A stretch of 64,000 nt of DNA from Takakia lepidozioides. Its lineage: Eukaryota; Plantae; Bryophyta. The stretch is from NCBI GenBank assembly GCA_030704615.1, contig CM060734.1, forward strand, positions 45,942,001-46,006,000, read 5' to 3'. The translations under genes were made by a program, and so were the position numbers. Positions 1-12,849 of the stretch are shown one piece after another (the first letter of the stretch is position 1; each line of letters starts with the position of its first letter). Below the pieces are notes generated by a model. That model had not been told where the DNA came from. It saw only the letters and a list, made by a program, of their open reading frames with translations, and did no database searches.

Positions 1-781
1 GTAGGTAACAGGAATTCCACTGGAAGTAAAGCTTCCATACCATAAACTAATTGGAATGGTGTATACTTAGTGGTGACTTTATATGAAGTCCTGTATGACC
101 ACAAAGCTGTTAGCAGCTTTGTATCCCAATCCGTTCTGTTTGCATTGACTATCTTAGCCAAGATAGTACATAGTATTTTGTTGGTAGCCTCTGCCTGCCC
201 ATTACCCTGTGGGTAATATGTTGTACTCTTCCTATGCACAATCATGAACTCTTTAGTCAATAATTCAATGGTCTCATTAATGAAGTGACTTCCCTGATCA
301 CTGATAAATTCCAAGGGACAGCCAAATCGTGTAAGTATGTTTTCATACGGGAACCTTGCTGTGGACTTGGCTGTGTTGTCCCTCAAAGCTTTAGCTTCCA
401 CCCACTTCGTAGTATAATCAGTGGCTGTAATTATGTACCTGTTCTGTGAATTCTTGGCTGGTGGGTTAATTGGTCCAACAAAGTCTAGTCCCCATTTCTG
501 AAATGGTTCCGTAGGCATTGTAGGATGCAAAGCCATCTTCCCAGATCTCTGCAATTGTCATAGCCTCTGACATTCATCACAACTCTGACAATACTTGTGT
601 ACATCTTTGAACAAAGTAGACCACCAGTAACCGGCATGTAGTATCTTCCTATTGGTAGTCTCTTCTCCAAAATGACCTCCTGCCACTCCTTTATGAACTT
701 CCTCCAAAACTTTATTAACTTCATGGTGGTATAAGCATCGCTTCAACACTCCATCTGGTCCTAGCTTATACATTCTGCTTC
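1..781 (-). mobile_element. Ty3/gypsy integrase region (degenerate), element 1
   Basis: Minus-strand translation gives HHEV..GHFG..YWW..C..CDEC (Zn finger), then EPFQKWGLDFVGP..DYTTKWVEA..RFGCPLEFISDQGSHF..YYPQGNGQAE (rve core); frameshift near 550. Confidence 0.9.
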
Positions 782-1281
782 NNNNNNNNNNNNNNNNNNN
801 NNNNNNNNNNNNNNNNNNNNNNNNNNNNNNNNNNNNNNNNNNNNNNNNNNNNNNNNNNNNNNNNNNNNNNNNNNNNNNNNNNNNNNNNNNNNNNNNNNNN
901 NNNNNNNNNNNNNNNNNNNNNNNNNNNNNNNNNNNNNNNNNNNNNNNNNNNNNNNNNNNNNNNNNNNNNNNNNNNNNNNNNNNNNNNNNNNNNNNNNNNN
1001 NNNNNNNNNNNNNNNNNNNNNNNNNNNNNNNNNNNNNNNNNNNNNNNNNNNNNNNNNNNNNNNNNNNNNNNNNNNNNNNNNNNNNNNNNNNNNNNNNNNN
1101 NNNNNNNNNNNNNNNNNNNNNNNNNNNNNNNNNNNNNNNNNNNNNNNNNNNNNNNNNNNNNNNNNNNNNNNNNNNNNNNNNNNNNNNNNNNNNNNNNNNN
1201 NNNNNNNNNNNNNNNNNNNNNNNNNNNNNNNNNNNNNNNNNNNNNNNNNNNNNNNNNNNNNNNNNNNNNNNNNNNNNNNNN
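782..1281. other. Assembly gap (500 N)
   Basis: Run of N. Confidence 1.
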
Positions 1282-1332
1282 TACTCTGCTCATGCCGCTC
1301 ATGCCGCTCATGCTCATGAAATAGCAAACCTC
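1282..1332 (-). mobile_element. Terminus of a DNA element of the same family as the 51574 element, inserted in the gypsy RT
   Basis: Reverse complement GAGGTTTGCTATTTCATGAGCATGAGCGGCATGAGCGGCATGAGCAGAGT matches 51574-51630; RT homology (..LDTVAGHEM) stops exactly at 1333. Confidence 0.75.
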
Positions 1333-4092
1333 CATCTCATGGCCTGCCACAGTGTCCAATACCGCTTCTGTGAATGGTAAAGGGAAAGGATCTTTCTTCG
1401 TACAAGCATTCAGCTTCTTGTAGTTCACACAAACTCTTAGTTTCCCATTCTTCTTATGAACTATCACAATGGGTGACAACCAAGTCGTATACTCTATCGG
1501 GTATATAAACTTAGCCTCAGCCAACTTCTTGATCTCTTCTCCAATCTTCTGTGCATAGTTGGGATTCATTCTGTACCTTGCCTGCTTGATTGATACTGAC
1601 CCTGGGTTCCAGTTCAATCTTATGCTGACAGATTTCAGGTGGTATCCCTTTTAGATCCTCGTAGCTCCAAGCAAATACATCTCTGTATTTGATAAACAAA
1701 CTCTTAGCTTCTTCAAAGAATTATGGCTCCAAATCAGCTCCTACCTTTACCATCCTCGGTTCCTCTTCAGTTCCCACATTCACTTCTCTCGCTTGCTCAT
1801 CAGCTGTGATTGTCCAACCAATCACCACTTCATCCTGTAAACTCACAGTGGCTGGTTCCTCTAGGATTTCCATTTCTCCTTCTCTTTCTTCATAGAAATG
1901 TGATGGGTAACTGCTGGTTTCCTCTTCAATTGGTGTTGCTGACACTACACCACAGCAGATACCTCTTAAACAACTTAGGCCTTCCAGCCGCATCTCTGCA
2001 ACCTGCTCCCACTCTGGGTGTGCAGCGAACAGGGTAACTTCCTGCTCCCATCCAGTCCTCCCCTCCAATCATACTCTCTGACCCTCGAGGTCTTCTCGTA
2101 GCAGGTAATCTACTAGATTTCTTAGTGGTAATTTGTATCTCGTGCATCCCATTATGCACAGTTAGTAACTGAGAATTCCAGTCATGGAATACCCTGGCCT
2201 GTTTCAGCCACGGACGTCCCAATAATAAGGAGTAAGCCTCCATGACTTCATCCATGTTCAACACAGTTACTGTGATCATAAAGATCATCTTCTGTATCTG
2301 TATTCTTAACTCCTCTTATCAATCCCAATGGCTGTACACTTCTTTGATCTGCCATGTTACTGTACATGGGGCTGGTTCATGTTACTTAGACCAAGCGTCT
2401 TCCTTAATTGGTCGTCATGATATTTACTCCAGAGCCTCCATTATTAGTACATCAGTTAGTTCTGTGCTTCAATTCTCAATTGGATTACTGGCATAGAATC
2501 ATCAAAGTCCAATGACTGTCTCGCCCTTCCGGCTTCACATTATAACTGGTCACTTTGCTGTTCAGGTCTGTGTTTCCTGTCTCCTGGGCAATTCGATTGA
2601 TGCTTGATACAGCCTGTGTCTACAATAAGGTGCCACAGCCAATAGCTGTCCAATGATAATCTCTGCTTTGGTCTGAATATTACTTCAGCCAAAGTCCCTT
2701 CATTACTTTGCATGTCTGCCAGCTTCTTTCTTCTTTCATCTCATCACTCACTTCTTCTTCTCCATCAAAATCAGAGGAATCTGCCACAGGAATATCAGTA
2801 CTCTTCTGCATTTCCCTTATGGTATCTGCCACTTCCTTGTGCAGTTCTTCTCATCTCTCCAAGCCTCATCATCTTCAGCATATCATGCCATCTTCATTAT
2901 CATCATCTTCCTCAACTACTGGAGGTATTAGTTTGGCTTTGCTTCTTGTTACTATCATTGTACTTACTTCTGGTACAACACATGGCCTAACCATGTGAGC
3001 TGCCACATGGGCCCTCATTCACAGGAGCTCTCATCTCATTCTGGTGTCTAATCCAGAATGAACAGGCTACCTTGCGATGTCCTGGCTGATTACAATAGTA
3101 ACATAGTTCTTCACCATTGGGTCCTCGCCCTTGGTCTGCTCTTGGATTATTTCTGTAATCCTGATTCCCTGGCTGGTAATTCCCCTTGGATTACCCTGAT
3201 AGTTGCCTCTGGAATTTCTTGGTAATTCCCTCTTGAATTACTCTCCCTTCCATGCCATTGTTATAACCACCAGGCCTACCATAGTGGTCCTGATCACTGT
3301 TTTCTTGGCTGGGGGTTGCACTTGATGCACCCTTACTTGCCTAGGTTCTCTTGCAGCTGTCCTTTGTTGTAGTAGTAACAATTCTCGGTAGAATGGTTAT
3401 CCATCTTACAGATAGTACAGTGTTTTCCTTCATGTGGCATTCAGTGGTGGTATGGCCTTCATTCTGGCACTTTGCACACCAAACACCCTTCCTCGAAGTG
3501 TTTGCAGCCTCTGTGACATACTTCTTCAAGATTTCTTCTAATCTTTTCTCATAGTTATCCCTCTTCAACTTCTCCTTTCTCTTACTCTTCCTTTTCAGTT
3601 CTTGCTCTTCTTCTTCATATGACTCATCCTCAGAGTCCTCATCATCCCTTTCTCTCTCCTGAGCATTCCCATTGCTCAATTCTGTTTGCTGTTTCAAATA
3701 CCTCCTCCACTGTATTATGGGGTGGTACATATCCACTTTCTTCTGCAACTCTGATCTTAGTCCACTCACAAACCAAATCTTCTGTAAACCTGGTGCTGGT
3801 ACAATAGCCAGCTTTTTCATCATCAATTCCATCTTTTCCATATACTCCTCAACAGTTCATGCTTCTTGCTTTAACTGTTGTAAACTTCCATACACTTCAT
3901 CCTCAGTTTTACTTGTCCTGAACCTATTCGGATGCTGTATTCAAGCCATTCCAGGTTAGGAAATGATTATCAGGGAATCTTGCATACCATTCACTTGCTC
4001 TTGATAAGGAACAAGGAACAGTCTCATTGGCATCATCGCCATTTTCATTGTTCACTCTACACATGTGCTCAAATTGGCTAATGTGTACATCG
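1333..4092 (-). mobile_element. Ty3/gypsy gag (3' part), protease and RT N-terminus, many frameshifts
   Basis: RT: YRMNPNYAQKI..WLSPIVIVHKKNGKLRVCVNYKKLNACTKKDPFPLPF; protease end YSLLLGRPWLKQA; gag Zn knuckle WCAKCQNEGHTTTEC. Confidence 0.88.
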
Positions 4093-5009
4093 CACTACAA
4101 CAGATTGCGGCTTTTATGACTCCCATGGGTGCACAGTCATGACAGATTTGTGGCAGAAATGCCATTTGCAGTCGTAAAATGCTTTTGAAGTCATAATGCA
4201 GGTCTGGAGAAGGCGTATATGTGACTGCATGGCTTCGGACTCTGCGCAACACAGGTCAAACATGTTTGACCAGAATATTGGCATGGCAGATATGACTACC
4301 AGTCACGGTCATGGCTACACTGGAATGACGTGTGCATATTGCAAGACAGACATATGACTTCATGACTCTCACTCTAATGCATTATGCCAGATCATCACAT
4401 GGATGAATCACTATATGACTACACGTGTCGACACATGCATTTCTGGTTATATATATAATATATGAGTATTTATATCTTAAAAAAACGGAGACTCTTACCA
4501 CTAGAATGAATTAAAAAAAACCCAAAAAAAACAAAGATTTAAAAAAAATCACATCGGCTGGTAAGTGCACAGTGTGTCGCCCTTGTGGTTTGGGGTTCAA
4601 ACCCGCTGCCCTTATCCCGTGTGTTGGATTGTTCGAGACGGTATGTCTTGACGTTGATCGTCCTGTAGGTCTTATGGCCCATAAATGAAGGGGGTGAATT
4701 TTCCCCTCCTCAAGGGCTTGTGGGTTCCTTTAGAATATTTTTATAAAAAAAAAAAAAAAAAAGGGCTTTTAGGGTTTACAAAAAGGTTAAAAAACTTAAA
4801 AGTTGCCCATCACGTAGCGTGAACAGACTTAGAGCGAGCGGGAGGGAGAGAGAGAGGGGCTGGGACTTAGAGCGAGCAAGCGGGAGGGAGGGCAAACATG
4901 CATGGGAGGCCCGCAGTTGGAGCAGCAACCTTCGCATCTGAAGCAAGCAGCCTAGAAACGCTAGGATATGTGTGCGAGGAGGTTTCGGCTGGAGCTCGCC
5001 GTTCTTGGG

Positions 5010-5910
5010 AGAGTCAGCTTCGTCTTAGCAGGCCGTGTTTCAATCTCTACTCCCGCTGGCCCTGATTTTACAGCACGGAGCAGAGCTGGCATGAGTTTCT
5101 TAAAGATCCTTCACGATGGTGGGACAACCGCAATCGCAAGGTGTGGCTTTTTCTTAATGTACGATGTGAAGAAGTTTGTCATCCTGCAAATGTGGGTTGT
5201 TGGCTCCTTAGTTACCATGATTGGTATTCATCCTGATGTTTACAAGGTTCTTGGAGAGAGTTAGCTTGGTCTTTAGCATGCCGTGTTTCAATCTCTGCCC
5301 ACTCAGCTGCACCGTGGTGGTTCTCACTAACCAATCCGACATTACCTAACTACAGACACAAGCAACACACACAAGAGGTCCTCTTGGGTTCATGGTCAGT
5401 CAAATCCTCCATGGGTCATGACACAAGGTCGAGGACAATGTGGTGAGGGCACCTTCTTCTTCGACCTATTTCAGCCTATTTTGCCCTCTCATCAGACTCG
5501 GCCCTGAATTTGAATCATGGAGCAGAGCTGGCATGAGTTTTTTTAAGATCCTTCACGAGGGTGCGACCGCAATCGCAAGGTGTGGTTTTTTTTTAATGTA
5601 CGATGTGCAGAATTTTGTCCATCCTGCAAATGTGGGTTGTTGGCTCCATGATTTGATATTCTTCCTGATGTTTACAAGGTTCTTGGGAGAGTAAGCTTGG
5701 TCTTAGCAGACCGTGTTTCAAAGTCTGCCTGCTCAGCTGCACCGTGGTGCAGGTTCTCACTGACCAATCCGACATTACCTGACTACAGACACAAGCATCA
5801 CACACAAGGTCAAATCCTCCATGGGTCATGACACAAGGTCAAGGACAGTGTGGTGAGGGCACCTTCTTCTTCGACCTATTTCAGCATGTTTTTCCCTCTC
5901 ATCAGACGCC
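5010..5910. repeat. About 430-bp tandem unit (roughly 2 copies), also present at 50430-51140
   Basis: GCTTGGTCTTAGCAGRCCGTGTTTCAA-like anchors at about 5013, 5262, 5694, 50510 and 50956. Confidence 0.85.
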
Positions 5911-6698
5911 CTGAGATGCATATTGAATTTTGTAAGTTAGCTCATTGCTCGTTGATAAGTAGGGTTGGGGGTGTTTGCTGGAACAATTCTAGGCTGTCAT
6001 TGTCAGCTGCTAGCAGGAAGGCAAGGATGTATGCATAGATAGCTGAAGGATTTTGTGCAGATGCATAGATAGCTGAAGGAGCAGGGATAGAGTGTGGGCC
6101 CAAATTCGTCCAAGAGGGCCGGATTTCAAGCTCCATTATTTCAGTGTCATCCATTCAGCCAGGGATTTCCTAGTGACATTGCCAAGGCTTTACTCGCAAC
6201 ACGATGCTTGTAAAGCTTCCTTAGCTTGAATGCTGATTATGCTTGAATTATTAGGTTTGTAAAGCCAGTTTTGAAATTTTCATGGTAATCAGCTCTCTTG
6301 AAAATCTGTAGGTTGCAAGCCATTTACAGCGGGCCGTGGGTGGACTGGAAGACAGCCATTGAAAGTCCTGGTGCAAGTTAATACCAGTGGAGAGCAGAAT
6401 AAGCTTCATATGCCCTTTTGGTGCTAGTTATCTTCATGTATGGTACTGTTGAACACCAACAATCTTTTGGTGAGATTCTGTCTTGGTGCACATGTCTGAT
6501 AAAGAAAGACGGTAATGTTTGTTCTGAAACCTGAAGGCGTGAAATGATTCAACACAACAAGAGCATTACGCGTGTCACAGTACAAGCTGTAAGAAAGCAA
6601 GAGATACATAGTTATACAGTCAAATAGACAACTATCAGTTTCTGTGGAATCTCTTGCCAATGGCAGGATGGGTTGGGAATAGCCAAGTCAGGAGGTGA

Positions 6699-7189
6699 AT
6701 GCCTGTCAAATTACCACATGTCCTTTTGAACACTGCCCCTGCCCTGGTGGACATGTACGCCAATTGTGGGTGCATTGAGGATGCAAAGGGAGTGTTCAAC
6801 ACTGTGGCTGAACGAGATGTGGTGTCGTGGAGTGCGATGCTTGCTGGGTATGCACAGCTGGGGTGCGGGATGGAGGCTCCAACCTTTGAGAAAATGATGG
6901 GGAAGGGGTGAAGGCCGCCGACATAACGTTTGTGTGCGTTTGCAGTGCGTCTGCAGCCCTGGAAAAGGGCAAAGAGATCCCTGGTGACATCATCAAATCT
7001 GCAATTGTACCAGATGTCATCCTGAACATGGCTCTGGTGGCCATGTATGCTAAATGTGGGAGCATTGAGGATGCCAAGGGAGTGTTCAACACTATGGCTG
7101 AACTAGATGTGGTGTCGTGGAATGCGATGCTTGAAGGGTGTGCAGAGCAGGAGCGCAGGATGGGGCTTTGGACACCTGAAAGCAAATGA
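6699..7189 (+). pseudogene. PLS-class PPR protein fragment inside the CACTA element
   Basis: ALVDMYANCGCIEDAKGVFNTVAERDVVSWSAMLAGYAQLG; frameshift near 6900. Confidence 0.85.
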
Positions 7190-9099
7190 TGGAGAAAAGG
7201 ATGAAGGTACCTTCTTCAACATATTTCACCCTGTTTTCCTGCTAGTGTTTGCTTTGACAATTCTAGGCTGTCATTGTCAGCTGCTAGCAGCAAGGCGAGG
7301 ATGTATGCATGATTTGTGCAGAGGCATGGATAGCTGAAGGAGCAGGGATTTCGTGTGGGTCCAGATTCATCCAAGAAGGCCAGATTTCAAGCACAAGATT
7401 ACCTGTGATTCCCTGTGGATCAATAGCTACAAGAAACCTGCATGGGTAGATGGTCAACTGGGAGCAGCGGCACAAGTGATAAAATCAGGCACTGCTAATG
7501 AAGGCATCTTCTTCAACACATTTCACCCTGTTTTTCCCTCTTATCAGAATCGGCCCTAAATTTACATGTTCAATTCTGCAAGTTAGCTGGTTGAGTGAAT
7601 CTAGTTTGGAGTGACTTTGACATGATACTGCCAATGTGACAACAAGAAAGTGTCAAAAAATAGGTAACAGAGATGAGGAAAAGCTGTGGAATGAAACTTA
7701 TCTGAGCCCAGTCACTGATGGGTCAACCGGGGCAGAAAGGTGAATGCCTGCTACATTTCAGAGAGTAGCAGACACAATTCAGCATAGGAACTAGTGTGCT
7801 ACGCTGAGTTGGGTGTTTCCTAGAACAAATGTAGGCTGTCATTGTCAGCTGCTAGCAGCAAGGCAAGGATGAATGCTTGATTTGTGCAGAGGCATGGATA
7901 GTTGAAGGAATAGAGATAGAGTGTGGGTGACGCAGGGTGCTGGGCAATGGGCAAGATGTCTTTGTATAAACGTGAGTGACCTTCCTATCATCCTGGGTTT
8001 CATTTTTAGTGCATGTTTCTTTGTGAAATATCTGACGACTTCGCCAATACACACCAACCTTTTTGCTTTGGTTTGTTTAGGACATGAGATAGAAGTTACC
8101 ATAAACAACACTGGCATTGGTTTTTCATATATGGTATTAGATAATTCTCTTAATTGTTTCCGCTTTGGCAGGTTGCTCAGTGACCTTCCCTGGATGCTTT
8201 GGAGTATAGCGAGTGAGTGTCTCACAATGCAATATTGGTTGGTGCATCTTATGCAAAAACTTGGAAAACAAACAAATGTCCTTGCTGTAGTAATTCTTAA
8301 AGCCATGCAAGCCGTTTTTGATGGGTTGCAGATTGATGGAATACATGAGTAGTTAGAAGATTCTGGGTGAACACTTTTCAAAGTGTTATAGTTAGACAAA
8401 ATAATTCACATGAGAACATGCGACTATTTTAATGTATTTTTAGATCGCAACAAAAATGATAATGATAAATAGATTGGTAAATAGAGATGGTGTGCAATCT
8501 CTTGGTTTTGCTCAGCTTGTTGCAGTTATGTCTTGCTGCCTTGTTCTCTTTGTATTATATATTATATTTCATTGTTGTAATAGACATGTACATGACTGCT
8601 ATCATAGTCATAATAATGACTACATCTATTTTCACTCTCCAATAGTGCTACACCACGTGGCAGAAATACAAATATGTAAAAAATAGCAATACACTCCAAA
8701 AAAACACCCATCATGACACCTGTCAATCTGCTGATGGACCACGTGTAAAAACTGCAACGCGCCACGTGTTGCAACCGGATTAGCACACCCGTAGTCATAG
8801 TTCGCAGTCATGGAGAGCTAAACTCTACCACGTGTCATTTCTTGCATCGAGCACGTGCCACTCTTGCACAGCCGCTGACATGGACTACACTGTCCGTTCA
8901 GTCATTCAGTAAAGCCAGCGTGTATGACTACCCCCACAGCTGCTCTGGCGCCACGTGACAGCCAGCCTGGAGAGTCATATCTGCCATGTCACAACTGACT
9001 AGGTCTTTACGTCTGCAGAGTCAGGAAGTCGTAAATGGCTTCCATGACTGCATTTGCAGTCATAACATAGAGACGTAAAAGCCGCAATTTGTTGTAGTG

Positions 9100-9995
9100 T
9101 CGGGATCTCCTTTTCCTGAATATATTGGAAAAGGTGGTTTTGCCCGTGTTGGTTGTAATGTCATCTGTGGCCCTACCTTCTGCCCACTGACAGGTGCTGG
9201 CACCCTTGCTGGTGCTGGTCCTTCAAGACCTGTTGTTGTTGTGGTGGATCTTCCACCAAGTGGTGGCCCCTGAGCACTCCCTGCTACTGGCCCCACGATA
9301 TTCACAGTATTCCCAGCTCCAGTTGCACTACTTCCCACACTCCCTGTCCCCCCAGAGCCAGATCCAGGCAGCCCGCCTGATCCCCCTGAGCCGACACCTT
9401 CGTTGGCCTGTGATCCAAGTGCTCCACTTGATCCAGGTCCAACGGGTTGGGATGTCCTGGTTGTAGTCTCAACCTCAGCTGTTGGGTCTACTTCTTCATA
9501 CTCTTCCTCTTCCAATTTCTTCTCTCGATTTTCATCCTCCAAGTTCTGCCCTTGGGTTTATTCTTCACTCATGTAACTCAACTGCAATGGTGTTGGAGAG
9601 TCTGAACTCTCCGTTGGCTCTGCCACATCCTCTCTTCCTTCTTCACCTTCCGCTTCAGAAACTGGAGTTCCTGCTTTTGGTGTTCCATGCAAACTCTTAT
9701 CAAAGATTTCTGTCAAATCTTTTATCCAAGGATGTACCTCAGATCTTTCACCTCGTGATTGATCTTCTTCCCGTACCAATTCCCTTAATCTTTCTTGCAA
9801 AGAAAAAGAAGGAGTGGCATCCAACTCTAGTTCTTCCGGTATGGGTGATGTACTCTCTGATCTTAATGGTGTGAGAGGTCCAGATGATTCCCCTATGTCT
9901 ATTCCTCTCTCCCAAAGATATGGATAATTAGCTTTCAGATAGCTTTCTCTTTTTGCTGAATATCTCTGGCGTCTAGCTTCTCTTTCATCACTCAT
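9100..9995 (-). mobile_element. gag 5' part of gypsy element 1
   Basis: ORFs 9558-9995 and 9060-9542 end in KPPFPIYSGKGDP, which joins the gag motif across the CACTA insertion. Confidence 0.8.
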
Positions 9996-10016
9996 GTCCC
10001 ATGTCTTTCATTTCTT

Positions 10017-10578
10017 TTAATGTGGCAATAACCAAAACTCTCTTCTGTAATATCTCTCGTATATGCCTGGGTTTCTTTCAAGCTTCAATGCACCCTTGGC
10101 TATACTAGAAGTCTCCGTTACCATATAACCATATGACAAACAAGTCTGGAAAGCTGTTCTTGGTGTGAGTTTGATCCACAAAATATCCTTTGGAATCCAA
10201 TTCTTTACCAGTACAAGCTCTTCATGCATATGTGTATAAACATTCACCTTTATTTCCTCCCAACCTTCAAACTCTACTCGTTTAATGGATAGCAATGCTA
10301 TCACATAAACCAGTGTTGGCAACCAACGTGCTCTTCCTCTACAGGCCACCTGATAAATCTTTATCACTCCTTTCTCTAGACCCCACTCAGGATCAGCATC
10401 ATGCACTCTCTTAAGAATGTTTTCTTTACAACCGTCTGGCAATTCCAAGAACCTCTGAATAGTTTGGACAATTTTTCCTTCTCAGTTTCACAAAGAATTT
10501 GATTCACATCAAATTCTTTAATTCTCCAACCACCATGATCCCACCAGATGCCTGTCACATCTGGTTGTTCATGACCCA
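10017..10578 (-). CDS. Additional ORF between PBS and gag (frameshifted), unknown function
   Basis: ORFs 10376-10708 and 10017-10448 overlap in different frames downstream of the PBS. Confidence 0.45.
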
Positions 10579-10580
10579 GT

Positions 10581-10598
10581 TCCCCAGTATGGTCGCCA
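10581..10598 (-). promoter_or_regulatory. Primer binding site
   Basis: Minus strand reads LTR end ..GACA + TT + TGGCGACCATACTGGGGA, resembling tRNA-Arg-type PBSs of non-chromovirus Ty3/gypsy elements. Confidence 0.7.
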
Positions 10599-10600
10599 AA

Positions 10601-11516
10601 TGTCGCGCGGCTTTTACTCACCCATCCCTTCGCTATCCGAGGTGAGAACTCCAAAATAGAAGAGTTGGAAATCTCTAAGCACTCAGCCCGCTCAGAACAA
10701 TCAGTCATGACCTACAGCTAGTGTATCATGGGGATGTTTCATATTTGTATTCTTTTCCGTATTCATGTTAGCTAGTTACTTTACTGTTGGTATTTAAGTA
10801 TCAGATTGCTTCAGTAATCTATCGGATTCCATCAACTCATCCATTCATTCCACAGCTTCACTCAGATCTCTCTACACAGGGTGAGTATGAAGTATGTATC
10901 AGATTAATATCTATCAAGTATCAGGCTGAAGCCATGGAGTCTCTAATCTGCGCTACATTACAACTCTACTGTTTGCATTCATCAAGCATCAATAGATCGT
11001 TCTCCTCCTACTCCGTGCTCTCCTTTTCTTCCTACTCAGAGATGCACTCTCCGCTTCATCTCCCCCCCGTGATGCCAGAAGTCCCCCCAGAAGTAGTGAT
11101 CCCCAAGAAGTGATCATTTTCCAGTCCTCGCTCCTGGCTTTATCTTCCTACCCGTTGTTCTAACCGTTTTCCTCACTAACCGTCATCCGTGAACTAACAT
11201 GTTCCATTCGCAGATGTTTTTCCCCACAGTCGTTCCCTGTCCTGCTATCCGTTCCCTATGGTCGTGACAGTTGTGTCAAGCTGTGACTGGCTGTGTGAAA
11301 CTGTGACGGGCTGTGTCGGGCTGTGTTGGGCTGTGTCGGGCTGTGTTGGCTGTGACGGGCTGTGTTGACTGTGACTGGCTGTGTTGGACTGTGACGGGCT
11401 GTGACGGGCTGTGATGGACTGTGTTGGGCTGTGTATCTCCTCCCCTAAAGCCTGTTGTTGTCACCCCTAAGGCTCCTGTTGGTCTCAGTCTGTGTAAAAA
11501 TTAAGGGTACCCCACA
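10601..11516 (-). repeat. 5' LTR of gypsy element 1
   Basis: Abuts the PBS; TGT..ACA ends (TGTCGCG at 10601, GGTACCCCACA at 11516). Outer boundary inferred because no partner LTR is in the window. Confidence 0.6.
11265..11434. repeat. 10-bp minisatellite (CTGTGACGGG-like) within the LTR
   Basis: Directly visible tandem array. Confidence 0.9.
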
Positions 11517-11807
11517 GATCCCGTAAAAACGTCTAAGTCCCAAGCAGTCCTCTAACAGGAGCCCTCTTTCGATCCCGGTTATGGCCTACTCCTTGAAAAA
11601 AATGAATGGCCGGAGCAGGGTATATCAATAGGTTTGAAAAACATCTCGGTTAGAGGTTCTCATTAAACACATGAATTTTTTCTTGTCCGGTTCTCAATCT
11701 ACCGGTTATGCCATCTTAAAAATTGCCGGTTCCATGGTACCGGTTATAGGATTCATCCATTTTTACTTTCTCTAGCATTTTTGTGTATGTGTGAAAAAGT
11801 ACACAAG

Positions 11808-11880
11808 AGGGTTGCGGCCTGGTGGTAAGCCACTCGTGGATTGGCCTATGGGTCTCGGGTTCAAACGTTCAACCCCTATC
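11808..11880 (+). other. Possible tRNA-derived SINE head
   Basis: A-box-like GGCCTGGTGGTAAG and B-box-like GGGTTCAAAC at tRNA-like spacing; no full cloverleaf. Confidence 0.3.
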
Positions 11881-12849
11881 ATCTATCTCTCTGCCTTCAG
11901 GCTGCCCCTGTAATACACTAAGTTTATAACTATTGTTTAGCTAAATGCCCAACTAATTAATTTCCTATTTACTTGGACATCCTCAATGTTGTGCACCTAA
12001 TCTCCCCAACCATAGTAAATGTATAGTTACCAGTAAGACATAACCGGGATCTATCCATCTGCAATAATCGTAACTACCATCACCCTACCATCACCAACCC
12101 CTATACCTATATTATCTAGAACCGCCTTTACGCCATCTCCATTTGCTCCGGATCCTGCTCCGGGTATAACACCCTTACAATCACAATGCCGGTTCTCTAG
12201 CCGGTTAGGAAGCTGGATGGCTTTAGCCTGTTCCCTTCCATAGCCGATTCCTCCGGGGGCTGCACTTTCCGGGTATGCATATGTGCATAACCGGCAAATA
12301 ACCGTCGGGTATGCATGTCCAGATGCCATACCCGGCCAACACTGGTTTGAACCCAAGGCTTTGCTCCTTGCGCAGGCAGGGTGGTAGGGTTTATAGAAAT
12401 CGATAGGCAAGATCATCTGGATCTAACGAACCCAAATGGCATGTGGCTCTTTCCTTGTGCGACAGTTGCGTCCTCATTGCAGCGACATGATGGCATTAGG
12501 GAGGGCAGTAATGCGAAACAGGGCCATATTTTAACCCATAATTCCTTTGTAAATTTCGTAAGGGCAATTTTTGGATCGAAAAGTGGCGAAATTTCGCGCA
12601 TAAAAAAAACGCTGCATAGGATGGGAAGTCCTCAAAAGAGGGGGAGGAACAAGTAGGAGGAAGAAAACAAAAGCTACAATAAGCTAGTCAACCAGAATGA
12701 CCCTCCCAGCCAATAGCCTGGAGGAGATCAGGCAAAGAGATAGGCAGCTTAAACCTGAGATGGTTGAGGAACTTGTCCAGCAGGAACGGGCACTTTTCAC
12801 CACCACTATCGGTCAACACATATGACAGTGCATCAGAAAGCGAGAGATC

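Larger units (their letters stand above)
4093..9099. mobile_element. Non-autonomous CACTA (En/Spm) element carrying PPR gene fragments
   Basis: TIRs CACTACAACAGATTGCGGCTTTTA (4093) and TAAAAGCCGCAATTTGTTGTAGTG (ends 9099), 1 mismatch; 3-bp TSD TCG on both sides; ATGAC/GTCAT subterminal repeats; removing it restores gag YSGKGDP-DVHISQFEHMC. Confidence 0.93.

Noticed and set aside
761-1617. ORFs spanning the N run
   Set aside because: Artefacts of translating the gap.
12051-12416. 121-aa Cys-containing ORF
   Set aside because: No recognisable domain; lies in repeat-like DNA.
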